NCBI GenBank assembly: GCA_019894975.1
Contig: JAGXNO010000001.1
Span: 64,001 to 128,000, forward strand
Direction of reading: 5' to 3'
Origin: Promethearchaeota archaeon
GTDB lineage: Archaea; Asgardarchaeota; Lokiarchaeia; Sigyniarchaeales; SOKP01
DNA: 64,000 bases
How positions within the stretch are numbered: the first letter of the stretch is position 1; every line of letters begins with the position of its first letter. The position numbers and the translations under genes are program-made. The notes beneath the pieces were generated by a model. That model searched no databases, was not told the origin of the DNA, and worked only from the letters and a program-made list of their open reading frames with translations. Below are positions 1-9,700 of the stretch, piece by piece.

Positions 1-873
1 AATCATTTTAGGAATAGCCTTCTGAAGCATTTCGATATCTTTTGGTAATATATGTATTTTTTTATCATTCTCGTCAATCCAGGTATTAGTAATAAAATCC
101 TTTTCCTTTAATTGTTGAATTACTTTTTCATTTGAACTTGTGTCTAAAATAATGATGATGCGATCTTCTTTGATAGAATGCATCTTTTTAATATTCTTAA
201 TAGTGTCTGCTAAAACTATTTTTCCTTTGTTAATCATCGTGACGTTTACGCACATTTGTTCTATTTCAGATAATATGTGACTTGAAACAAAAACACTCAC
301 TTCTTTTGATAATGTTTTAATATCTCCTATAATCTTTTTACGTCCTATAGGATCTAAATTCGATGTTGGTTCATCCAATATTAATATTTCGGGTTCATGT
401 ATAAGAGCTGCTGCAATACCGATTCGTTGTTTCATTCCTTCTGAATATTTTTCAATTCTTCTTTCTCGAGCTCCTAATAATTCTAATTTCTCTAGTAATT
501 CAAGAGTTTTTTTCTTAGCTTCACTTCTTCTCAATCCACTTAGTTCTCCTACATAATTTAAATATTGTTCTCCACTCATATTATCATAAAAAGCGGGATC
601 CTGAGGTAAAAATCCTATTATTCGGCGAGCTCTTAAAGAACCAGCATCTTGGCCTTTAATACTTGCTTTACCATTTGTAATTGAGATTGCTCCTATTAAC
701 ATATTGATTGTTGAAGTTTTCCCTGCACCGTTTGGACCTAAAAAACCATGAACTCCTGGTTCCATTGATATATCAATTTTGTTAACAGCTTTTACACTGG
801 TTTCTCCTTTTCCATAAATTTTAGTTAGTTGTTGGGTCCATATTTCTGGTGTTGAAGAGTTTTCTTTAAGCAT
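1..873 (-). CDS. ABC transporter ATP-binding protein (ABC-2/CcmA type), runs off the window start
   Basis: Manual translation from ATG at 873 (AGGTG RBS upstream): Walker A GPNGAGKT, signature YSEGMKQR, Walker B ILILDEPT, H-loop VSSH. Confidence 0.93.
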   Translation of the reverse strand, partial: MLKENSSTPEIWTQQLTKIYGKGETSVKAVNKIDISMEPGVHGFLGPNGAGKTSTINMLIGAISITNGKASIKGQDAGSLRARRIIGFLPQDPAFYDNMSGEQYLNYVGELSGLRRSEAKKKTLELLEKLELLGARERRIEKYSEGMKQRIGIAAALIHEPEILILDEPTSNLDPIGRKKIIGDIKTLSKEVSVFVSSHILSEIEQMCVNVTMINKGKIVLADTIKNIKKMHSIKEDRIIIILDTSSNEKVIQQLKEKDFITNTWIDENDKKIHILPKDIEMLQKAIPKMI

Positions 874-1044
874 TTTTCTACACCTAAATTTTAGAATCAA
901 ATTTTTTAATTGGATGATTCGTAAGGTTTTTTATCACGCATTATATTAAATGCTTTCTAATTTGTCACTCACTTAAGCTAGATAATATTTTGAATTATAA
1001 GAAGAGCGAATTTTAAATACTCTTAGAGTTATAGTTAAAGAAAC

Positions 1045-1743
1045 CTAGAAGTCAAAAAGGTAGGCATTTCCTCTTTTTCCTACGACATTAAGCATTCCCA
1101 TCTTTCTAAGGCAATAACTTATTTTTCCAGCTAATCTTACAGGTTTTTTGAGTGATTGTGCCAATTCCAAGTTAGTGAAGGGTGTTTCTAAACTCTTAGG
1201 TATAAAACATAAGAAGTCATCAGGATTCTTAAATTGTTTCCTTTCTAATATTCTTACTAATTTCTTATCATTAATACCCCAACCTTTTCTTCTCCAGCTT
1301 ACTTGGCTATTTTTTTCACGGATTTCTTCAATTTGAACTAAAAGTAGTTCTATAGAAAAATTTGGGTGAGTAATCATAGTAGGGATTCTTATTAATTCCT
1401 CGAATATATCTATATAAGAGCAATGTTTCGGTGATAGTCTTCTTCGAATAACCTTATTCAATTGAGAATCCAAACTACCTATCCACTTATCCCTAACAAT
1501 GGGATGAACTAGATGAATTCTGTAGTTTTGAAGGAGATTTTCAAGCTTTTTTCTAATATTTGCAAAATTACTTGTTTGTATTTCAATTAGAAGATCATCT
1601 CTAACAATATCAATTACATAATTTTCAACCTGTTTTTCAAGCTGATCATGAGATTCACTTAAAAACCATTTTAAATCAGCATGAAGAGTTGTTTCGTTTA
1701 GGGTTCCTATAAAGTTGGATTGAATATTTTTAGTGCCAGTCAT
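1045..1743 (-). CDS. Conserved hypothetical protein, probable PD-(D/E)XK nuclease fold with C-terminal wHTH
   Basis: E-x-x-L-H (ETTLH), D...E-I-Q (VIDIVRDDLLIEIQT) pattern; C-terminal FTNLELAQ...YCLRKMG...GKRGNAY wing. Confidence 0.55.
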   Translation of the reverse strand: MTGTKNIQSNFIGTLNETTLHADLKWFLSESHDQLEKQVENYVIDIVRDDLLIEIQTSNFANIRKKLENLLQNYRIHLVHPIVRDKWIGSLDSQLNKVIRRRLSPKHCSYIDIFEELIRIPTMITHPNFSIELLLVQIEEIREKNSQVSWRRKGWGINDKKLVRILERKQFKNPDDFLCFIPKSLETPFTNLELAQSLKKPVRLAGKISYCLRKMGMLNVVGKRGNAYLFDF

Positions 1744-1863
1744 GTACTTATTATTTCATTTGAAAAAATTAAGTAAAAGACTTACAATTTGTATTAAAAA
1801 AGACAATATTATCTAGAGATTATTGATTTATCCTCAAGATGAGAGTGAATTATATTCAGGATA

Positions 1864-2679
1864 TTATAAACCAATCAATTCTTTTAATTTGTTAAACTCA
1901 TCTTCTTGAGCCCTTTCCATATCATTTTGCTCAATATCAAATTCTTGATCCCATTTCATCTTTTTTAATTTTTCATCAACTGATAAACCTAGTTCAGTTA
2001 TATAATAACTTTTAGCAGGTGAAAATTCTCTTAGAAATCCCTTTTTTTTAAACTCGGTAAATAGTTGCCATCCTTTCCCCTGAGTGCATTTATTTAGATA
2101 ATTAAGTATTTTTTTATGAATAATCCCATCATTATCTTCAGTTCTTTTGTTAAAAATCATTTCTTTATCATTCCGAATGAACATTAAAAAATCATGAAGA
2201 GGATCATTTTGTTTTTTCTCTTGTAATTCCCCAACAATATTATTGTAGTCTTCTTTTTCAATTTCCATAGAATCCAGGTGTCCTATAGATTTTTTGGCAA
2301 ATTCAAGGCAAGTATGTAGTTTTTCTTCATAATCTTCGCAGCCTTCTTCAGGGGTTAAATTTTCCGTCAGTTCAATAAGTTCATTTTTCTTTCTTTTCCT
2401 TCTCCAAATCTCAACTTTTAGAAAATCAATCTTCTCTTGATGTTTTTCATAAAAATAATTCTCCAATTTATCAAGATAAAAAATATAAGTTTTTACAGCT
2501 TCTTTATCGATTATTAATCCTTTGTCTAATAAAGGTCGAATTTCAGCATATTTTCTATTAATATCTCCTAAAAATACTGAAATTTTCTCAGAAGATCTCT
2601 TAAAATAACTAATTAAATCAATATTTTTTACATCATCGTTAAAGATCATCTCTATACTTGATTCAAGAGATTCTTCCAT
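1864..2679 (-). CDS. Hypothetical helical protein, possible C-terminal wHTH
   Basis: 271-aa ORF, charged; KKGFL...YYITELG wing motif. Confidence 0.55.
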   Translation of the reverse strand: MEESLESSIEMIFNDDVKNIDLISYFKRSSEKISVFLGDINRKYAEIRPLLDKGLIIDKEAVKTYIFYLDKLENYFYEKHQEKIDFLKVEIWRRKRKKNELIELTENLTPEEGCEDYEEKLHTCLEFAKKSIGHLDSMEIEKEDYNNIVGELQEKKQNDPLHDFLMFIRNDKEMIFNKRTEDNDGIIHKKILNYLNKCTQGKGWQLFTEFKKKGFLREFSPAKSYYITELGLSVDEKLKKMKWDQEFDIEQNDMERAQEDEFNKLKELIGL

Positions 2680-2842
2680 GATCGATCGTATAGTATCACC
2701 GCAATTTAAAAATATTTTTTAGTTTGATAGTTTTTGCGCTAAAAAAGATCCTAAATATACGGGAAATATTTTTTTAACATTTTTAAGCAATAGAGAATAA
2801 GAAAAACTAAATAACAATTAATTAATAGAATTTGGTGATTTA

Positions 2843-3328
2843 TTGAACGAACAATTCATAAAAGATTTATCTAGTGGGATAAATGGATTTTTAACTCACC
2901 TAGAACCAATGAAAGCAGTTGAAGGATTAACCCCAAGTACTGCAAGAAAGAAACCTTCCGATAAATATCATTCTTGTTGGGATTTATTGCATCATACTGT
3001 TTATTGGCAGGATATTTTACTAAAGAATCTTGACGGGAAATTCATTGATTGGATGACACTTGGTAATGAAGACAACTGGCCGTCTAATGAAAAATTAAGT
3101 AAGGATGAGTACTTCCTAGAACTTGTTAAAAAGTTTAAAAAAAATCTTGAAATAACTGCTAATAAGCTTGAGAATATTGATTTGATGGAAAAAATCAAGA
3201 TTGGTCCAGAACATACTCCAGACGTCACAAATTTTAGGTTAATTCTTGTTTTTCTTCAGCACACTTCTTATCATCTAGGACAAATAGTTACTACTAGAAA
3301 ACTGTTAGGAGATTGGAAAGAAGAATAA
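2843..3328 (+). CDS. DinB/YfiT family protein
   Basis: HSCWDLLHH and HTSYHLGQI motifs; GGTGA RBS. Confidence 0.88.
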   Translation: MNEQFIKDLSSGINGFLTHLEPMKAVEGLTPSTARKKPSDKYHSCWDLLHHTVYWQDILLKNLDGKFIDWMTLGNEDNWPSNEKLSKDEYFLELVKKFKKNLEITANKLENIDLMEKIKIGPEHTPDVTNFRLILVFLQHTSYHLGQIVTTRKLLGDWKEE

Positions 3329-3467
3329 TTATTGCGCTATTTAAGTATCTTTATACTTTTTTTTTGTTTCAATAATTAAGTATTTCAGGTTCTAAGTTAT
3401 ATATAGTAAATAAAAAAAAAGAATGAAAAACGAATTTAAAACTTAAAATTTGGAAATGTTATTCACC

Positions 3468-3893
3468 TTAATCGTATCTCTTATACGTGAAAAGTAACCA
3501 GAAAAAGCCTACGACACCAACTATAGTGGCAACAATTATTAAATAATTAGGCCAATATGCACCATCAAAAGATCCACCACCCCAAGAAATCATTGTCATA
3601 ATGCCTGACGCGGCCATTATGCTTAGTACAACTAACCCCATTCCCATGGCGTATTCTTCTTCTTTAAACATTCCAATACCAGAGATTAAACACCAGATTC
3701 CTAATAGTATTGAAATCGTACCTTGTCCGCCGAAAATAGAAAGTACTGCATCATCAACAGCCCATTCTGGGGTATAGATGTCCGCCCAAGCTAAAAATTC
3801 CATGACTGCTTTAAAGATAAAAAGGAGTCCAATGATAATCATTAAGAAATTTAATAACTCATTTGAGTCTTTCTTTTTTTTAGTTTCGCTCAT
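3468..3893 (-). CDS. Hypothetical membrane protein (about 4 TM)
   Basis: Four hydrophobic segments in 141 aa. Confidence 0.75.
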   Translation of the reverse strand: MSETKKKKDSNELLNFLMIIIGLLFIFKAVMEFLAWADIYTPEWAVDDAVLSIFGGQGTISILLGIWCLISGIGMFKEEEYAMGMGLVVLSIMAASGIMTMISWGGGSFDGAYWPNYLIIVATIVGVVGFFWLLFTYKRYD

Positions 3894-4048
3894 ATTAGAA
3901 TCAACCCTTTAAGTTCAAAAATATAATTGAGAGTTATTGATGTAATTATCATCCCATTATTTAAACTTATTCCACTTATTTTCTAAAAGCCTATTCTATA
4001 GGTCTTGCTATAAAATAATCTGATTCATTTTGGAATTTGAGATGTAAC

Positions 4049-5491
4049 CTAACCTAAATCAACTGCTTTATATGTCATCATAGATTCATTGCCACGTTCT
4101 ATATAGAAAAATTCGGCTTTTTCAGGTTTAAATTTTTCTTTTAAATATCGAATGACTTGTATCCCTTTCGAAAATTTATCACATATAAAGATATCTAGGC
4201 TGATATAACCGTGCTCTGGCCAAGTATGAATTGCGGCATGGCTAGTCTGTAATGTTGCAATAGCACTATATCCATATGGTTGATAATTATGATGATAAAT
4301 GTCGAGTACTGTTAAATTTGCTAATTGCAGTGAATTTATAAATATTTTTTGAATTAACTCATTGTCTAAAAGTGATTTCTGCTTTGAAAAGTGTAACTCT
4401 CCAATAAAATGAAACCCAACAGGGAGGAACGGAGGTTTGGATCCTCTTTTTATTTCTGAGGTGTAAATTGGACCAGAAGCGAAGCTAAGTTTATATTTAC
4501 TCTCGGGTTCTGCTACAGTTTGTAAGTAGTAAAGATGAGAAAATTGTCCTATAATGCTGGCTCCTTTATAATGATTGAAATCAGGGATCATTTCGGTTAT
4601 TATAAATCCATGGTCTAATATTGACAATTGCAATTTTTGCATTTCATTCGGGGGTTTGTTTCCAAAACTGAGAACACATCTTTTACCAACTAAGAGATAA
4701 TTTGTATCATTTATAGTAATATTTGATTTCAATACTTGTTTTGCTCTTTTTAGGAATAATCTTAAACCTTCATTTGTATAAGGAGGATCCATTACAGCTA
4801 CATCATATTTATTAACAATACTTTTAGGGATACTTTCTCTTAAATCGTGATGCAGAACATTAAAATTTTTTAAAGAGAGTTTGCTTGCGGAATTTGAGAG
4901 AAAATCTAAAATTCTATCGTCTATATCCACGACTGTAATTTCATTTGCTAACTTTGTCAATCCAACAGATAATGAAATGAAATCATCATCACCTAAGAAG
5001 ATAAGTCGTCTTCCTTCAATATCTCCTTTTTTTAGTAAGTACAATGTCTTTTTTAAAACTGTTGGGAAATCTGCATGAGATTGGTCGAGAGCGAACTCTG
5101 GAGATGGTCGATTTTCAAGATAGCTCTTTATTTCATTTAAATAAGAAAATTCATCAGGTAATTCTCGTAGTATACTGTCAAAGTTTTCAGGAAGAGGATC
5201 ATATTCAAAATTCAAATTAAGGTTTCTCTTTACCCAATTCCTTCCTTTATCTCCAAGAAAATTCCTTTTTTCAATAATACCGGCTTTCACCAACTCACTT
5301 CGCACTGCGGTAAGTGTAGGGATCGCTATACCTGTTTTTTGCGATACTTTCTTGTTTTTAAGAGAAGGAAATCGATACATCGTTAGGAGTATTGATCGAA
5401 CACCCTCAATACCTTCGCTTAATTGTGCTCTCTCAGCGACTAATGTAAGTATTTTCTCTATTTCTTTATTCATTGTATAATAATTATACAT
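4049..5491 (-). CDS. bpsA: Fusion of HTH + branched-chain polyamine synthase (BpsA/DUF43) + pyruvoyl S-adenosylmethionine decarboxylase-like domain
   Basis: DUF43 motifs FLGDDD, VDIDDRI, HDLR, DPPYT; C-terminal SpeD motifs GFHFIGEL and YQPYGYSA...TSHAAIHTWPEHGYISLDIFIC. Confidence 0.85.
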   Translation of the reverse strand: MYNYYTMNKEIEKILTLVAERAQLSEGIEGVRSILLTMYRFPSLKNKKVSQKTGIAIPTLTAVRSELVKAGIIEKRNFLGDKGRNWVKRNLNLNFEYDPLPENFDSILRELPDEFSYLNEIKSYLENRPSPEFALDQSHADFPTVLKKTLYLLKKGDIEGRRLIFLGDDDFISLSVGLTKLANEITVVDIDDRILDFLSNSASKLSLKNFNVLHHDLRESIPKSIVNKYDVAVMDPPYTNEGLRLFLKRAKQVLKSNITINDTNYLLVGKRCVLSFGNKPPNEMQKLQLSILDHGFIITEMIPDFNHYKGASIIGQFSHLYYLQTVAEPESKYKLSFASGPIYTSEIKRGSKPPFLPVGFHFIGELHFSKQKSLLDNELIQKIFINSLQLANLTVLDIYHHNYQPYGYSAIATLQTSHAAIHTWPEHGYISLDIFICDKFSKGIQVIRYLKEKFKPEKAEFFYIERGNESMMTYKAVDLG

Positions 5492-5613
5492 TTTACAATA
5501 ATAATATTATACTATTATCATTATGTTAGATCTTTACTTTAAGTAATCCTTTCTAAGGAAGAAAACTTATTTAGTAAATTGTCAAAAATGAAGATATAAT
5601 TGGTGATTAAGTA

Positions 5614-6042
5614 ATGGATAACAATTTAGCCCCACCTTGTGGTATGTACTGTGGAACGTGTAGAGCATACTTATTATTAAAAAAAGATTTATTTAAGAAG
5701 AAGGGGTACAAAACTGGATGTAAGGGTTGTAGGATTCAAAATAAAAACTGTGCTCACCTTAAAAGAGATTGTCAGGCATTGAAAAAAAATGAATTTGAAT
5801 TTTGTTTCGAATGTCAAAAATTTCCTTGTCAAAGGTTAGAAAGACTTGATAATCGTTATAAAACGAAATATAATGTTAGTTTTATTAGTAATTTGAAAAG
5901 AAATAAAGAAATCGGAACCAATAATTGGCTCGAAGAACAAGTGGAACTTTATACATGCCCTGATTGTAAAGGTGAAATTTGTGTTCATGATGCAGAGTGT
6001 TATGATTGTGGTAAGAATATCAACCAAAATAAATCAAAATAA
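5614..6042 (+). CDS. DUF3795 Cys-rich protein
   Basis: APPCGMYCGTC, CKGCR, FCFECQKFPC, CPDC...CYDC. Confidence 0.88.
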   Translation: MDNNLAPPCGMYCGTCRAYLLLKKDLFKKKGYKTGCKGCRIQNKNCAHLKRDCQALKKNEFEFCFECQKFPCQRLERLDNRYKTKYNVSFISNLKRNKEIGTNNWLEEQVELYTCPDCKGEICVHDAECYDCGKNINQNKSK

Positions 6043-6065
6043 AATAAAAGAAGAATAAAGAAGAA

Positions 6066-6737
6066 ATGTCAGAAGAAATTTTAAACGAATTAAATGCAGA
6101 AGGTCTTCGATCAGTGTTTCTCAAATATACAAGAGAAGCATTTGCAAATATCCCACAGATGAATAAACCTCGTATCCTCGATATTGGATGCGGTACGGGA
6201 ATGCCTACATTAGAGTTAGCGGCATTAAGTAATGGTGAAATAACAGGGATTGACATTGATCAGGGAGTTTTGGATAAATTAAACCTTAAAATTAAGCAAG
6301 AAGGTCTTTCAAGTAGGATCAATGTGTATAATCGTTCAATATACGACACACGATTTGAAGACGAGACTTTTGACATTTTATGGGAAGAAGGAGTCATACA
6401 TTTACTTGATCTCAAGAAGACATTAACAGAGTGTAATAGAGTGCTGAAAATGAATGGTTTCATGGTAACAGGTGAAGCAACTAACTGGGTAGATAGAAAG
6501 CTCAAACATTTTCCTAAATTTGGTTTTAATCTCATCAAGCAAATTTCTTGGGAAAAAGGATGTTGGTGGTCGCAATACTATGCCCCATTGGAGGAAAAAA
6601 TCAATATTTTACGTAAGAAGTATGATAATTTCGATGATGTTGAAGAAGTTAAGCGTCATTTAATGGAAATAGAGATGGTTAAAAAAGATCCCACGGGATT
6701 TGATTGTGTAACTTATATAATGCAAAAAATTAATTAG
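6066..6737 (+). CDS. Class I SAM-dependent methyltransferase
   Basis: ILDIGCGTG motif I, FDILWEEG, RVLKMNG. Confidence 0.92.
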   Translation: MSEEILNELNAEGLRSVFLKYTREAFANIPQMNKPRILDIGCGTGMPTLELAALSNGEITGIDIDQGVLDKLNLKIKQEGLSSRINVYNRSIYDTRFEDETFDILWEEGVIHLLDLKKTLTECNRVLKMNGFMVTGEATNWVDRKLKHFPKFGFNLIKQISWEKGCWWSQYYAPLEEKINILRKKYDNFDDVEEVKRHLMEIEMVKKDPTGFDCVTYIMQKIN

Positions 6738-6788
6738 AAAAAGAAATGAGTTAAAAATCCTAAATAAAATATAAGATTATTAAATTCG

Positions 6789-9700
6789 ATGGAAATAGAG
6801 ATTAAAGGAGCAAGAGAAAACAATTTAAAGAATATCGATGTTAAATTCAAAGACGGTTTAACTGTTGTTACTGGGATTTCTGGATCTGGGAAATCATCTC
6901 TTGTTTTCGATACATTATATCATGAGTCAAATCGTCGATTAATAGAGTTATTCGGTTATAGTCGCAAATGGTCAAGTCAAAGATCTTCTTATAAATTAGC
7001 TCCAGCTAAAGTTGGGTCAATAACCGGATTGGGTCCAGCAGTTGCAGTTGGACAAAACCTACTAAATAGAAATCCAAACTCTACTTTAGCTACAGCATCA
7101 GGATTACATCCTTTATTTAGGTTACTCTATGCAAGGTTTGGGGTAAGAACGTGTCATAAATGCGGTACCAATATAACTGTCCTAACTCAGGATGAAATAA
7201 TTAATTATCTTTTTAGTTTAGCTAGAGAAAAATCTGTTGTTATTTATTCTCAGCTCGTAAACAATTCTATTGGAAGCCACAAAACATTACTAAATTTTCT
7301 TTCAGAGCAATTTTCTACAGAAAATATATATATTGATGACAAAAAATGGGAAGGATTAGCTCTCAATCCAAGTAAACCACATAAAATCTTAATAAAACTC
7401 GCTCAAATCGATAAATCAACTGCAGATGAAAATGTACAAGAAATTGTCCAAAGAAGTCAGATATTAGGTTCAAATATACTTCAAATAGAGGTTGGTAAAA
7501 AAATCGAGAAAATTACAAGAGTAAAATCTTGTGTAGAATGTGGTACATGGTTAAAAGATATTGAACCCAAGCACTTTTATATGTCTTGTCCGTTCTGTAA
7601 AAGAAAGGGATGCAAAGAATGTAATTTTACGGGGTTACATCCTTTAGCTTCGTCTGTATATTTTTCAGGTCAGATTATCACCCAATTGTTAAAATATTCA
7701 GTAAAAGATGCACTAAAGCTTTTTAAAGACACTAGACTATCGATTCCTACAAATCGATTGATAACTGAAATAACAAAAAGGTTAGTCGCATTAAAAGATG
7801 TAGGCCTTGATTACTTAACACTGAACCGTTCATCTCCTACATTATCGCGAGGTGAATCACAACGAGTAAGAATCGCACTCACTTTGATTAACCAATTAGA
7901 AGATGTTTTGCACGTACTTGATGAACCAACAATCGGTCAACATGTTACAGATATTACTAAGTTTTTACCAATTTTCCACAAATTACCTGGACCCGTTATC
8001 TTTGTAGAGCATGATAGAATAGCAGCATCTGCGGCGAATAATGCAATTGATATAGGACCTGGCGCAGGAACGAGTGGGGGATCAATAATATTTAATGGTT
8101 CTCCTTCGGAATTATGGGAGTCAAATACACCTACAGGAGAATTCTTTAGTTTAAGAAAAAAAGTCATTGTACCAAAATTAAGGCCAAAACCAAATCTCTT
8201 TTTAAAAATTGAAGCTGCTGATAAGCATAATCTTAAGGAAATAACTGTGGAAATCCCTTTAAATCGATTAACAGTTATAACGGGTGTTTCAGGTTCAGGT
8301 AAGAGTACCTTAATCGAAGATGTCCTTCATGCTTCACTACATAAGAAAAAACCAATCGGTTGCGGAAAGATTAATGGACCATCTTTAAAGTCAGTAATGG
8401 TTGATCAGAGCCCTATTGGAAAAAATCCCCGCTCAAATCCAGCTACCTATACAAAAATATCAGAAATTATAAGAAAACTATTTTCAAAAGAAACAGGTCT
8501 TAGTGCTTCTCACTATTCATTCAATAGACCAGAAGGTGCTTGTCCTACTTGTAAGGGAATGGGTGCTCTGGAGATAAGGATGCGGTATATACCTTCATCT
8601 TGGATCTCTTGTCCAGACTGTAAACAAGCACGATTTAAGGAAAAAGTTCTAAAGAATAAAGTAGTTTTCGGTGATAAATCATATTCTATTTCTGAATTCT
8701 ATAATTTATCTGTATCTGAGATTGCTGATTTAATAGAAAATGAAAATCGTTTATCTTCTAACGATTTACAAAAGTTGAAAGAAATGTTAAAGACTCTTAA
8801 AGAGATCGGTTTAGGGTATTTATCCCTTGGACAACCAAGTCCATCTTTATCGGGAGGAGAGGCTCAACGTATTAAGTTATCAAAATACTTAGGAAAAACA
8901 TCTCTAATAAATCAGATAATTATATTAGATGAACCAAGCACAGGTCTTCATCCTCAAGATTTGAAGGGATTACTAGTAATCTTAGATCGATTAGTTAGAG
9001 CAAGAGCGACAGTTATCATTGTAGAACATAATTTGGATGTCATTAAAGCAGCAGACTGGGTTATTGATCTTGGTCCTGGAGCTGGTGATGAGGGGGGTAA
9101 TATAATTTACTCTGGTCCTATTGAAGGATTATTAAAATGTAAAGATTCAAAAACGGCCAAAGCTTTGAAACTCGATGAATTAATAACACCAAGTTCAAAA
9201 AGAGGGAAAAAAAAACTACTCGATAAAATCACAATCAAAAATGCCCACATTCACAATTTGAAGGGAATCGATGTTGAATTCCCAAAAAACGCAATTAATG
9301 TAGTTACTGGTGTTTCTGGAAGTGGTAAGTCTAGTTTAGTGAGTGATGTAATCGAAGCTGAAGCCAAACGTCGCTTTTTTGAAACCTTATCCATGTATGA
9401 GCGCCAAGGGATTCGTGGGGGTCCTGAAGTACTGGTAGATGAAATATCTGGTTTAGGAGTTACTTCTCATGTTATATCAACTAGAGCACTGCATTCACGT
9501 TTTTTCATGATAAGGAATACAATAGGAAAGGCTACAGAAATTTCCCTTCATATTGCAAATTTATTAGCGTATGTTGGAGAAATTAATTGTCCAAAATGTG
9601 GAGTTTTAATGATACATAAGACAAAGATGGTATGTGATAAATGTAATACCATCATTAAATTACCCAATCCTATTCATTTTGATCCCGCATCATATCAAGC

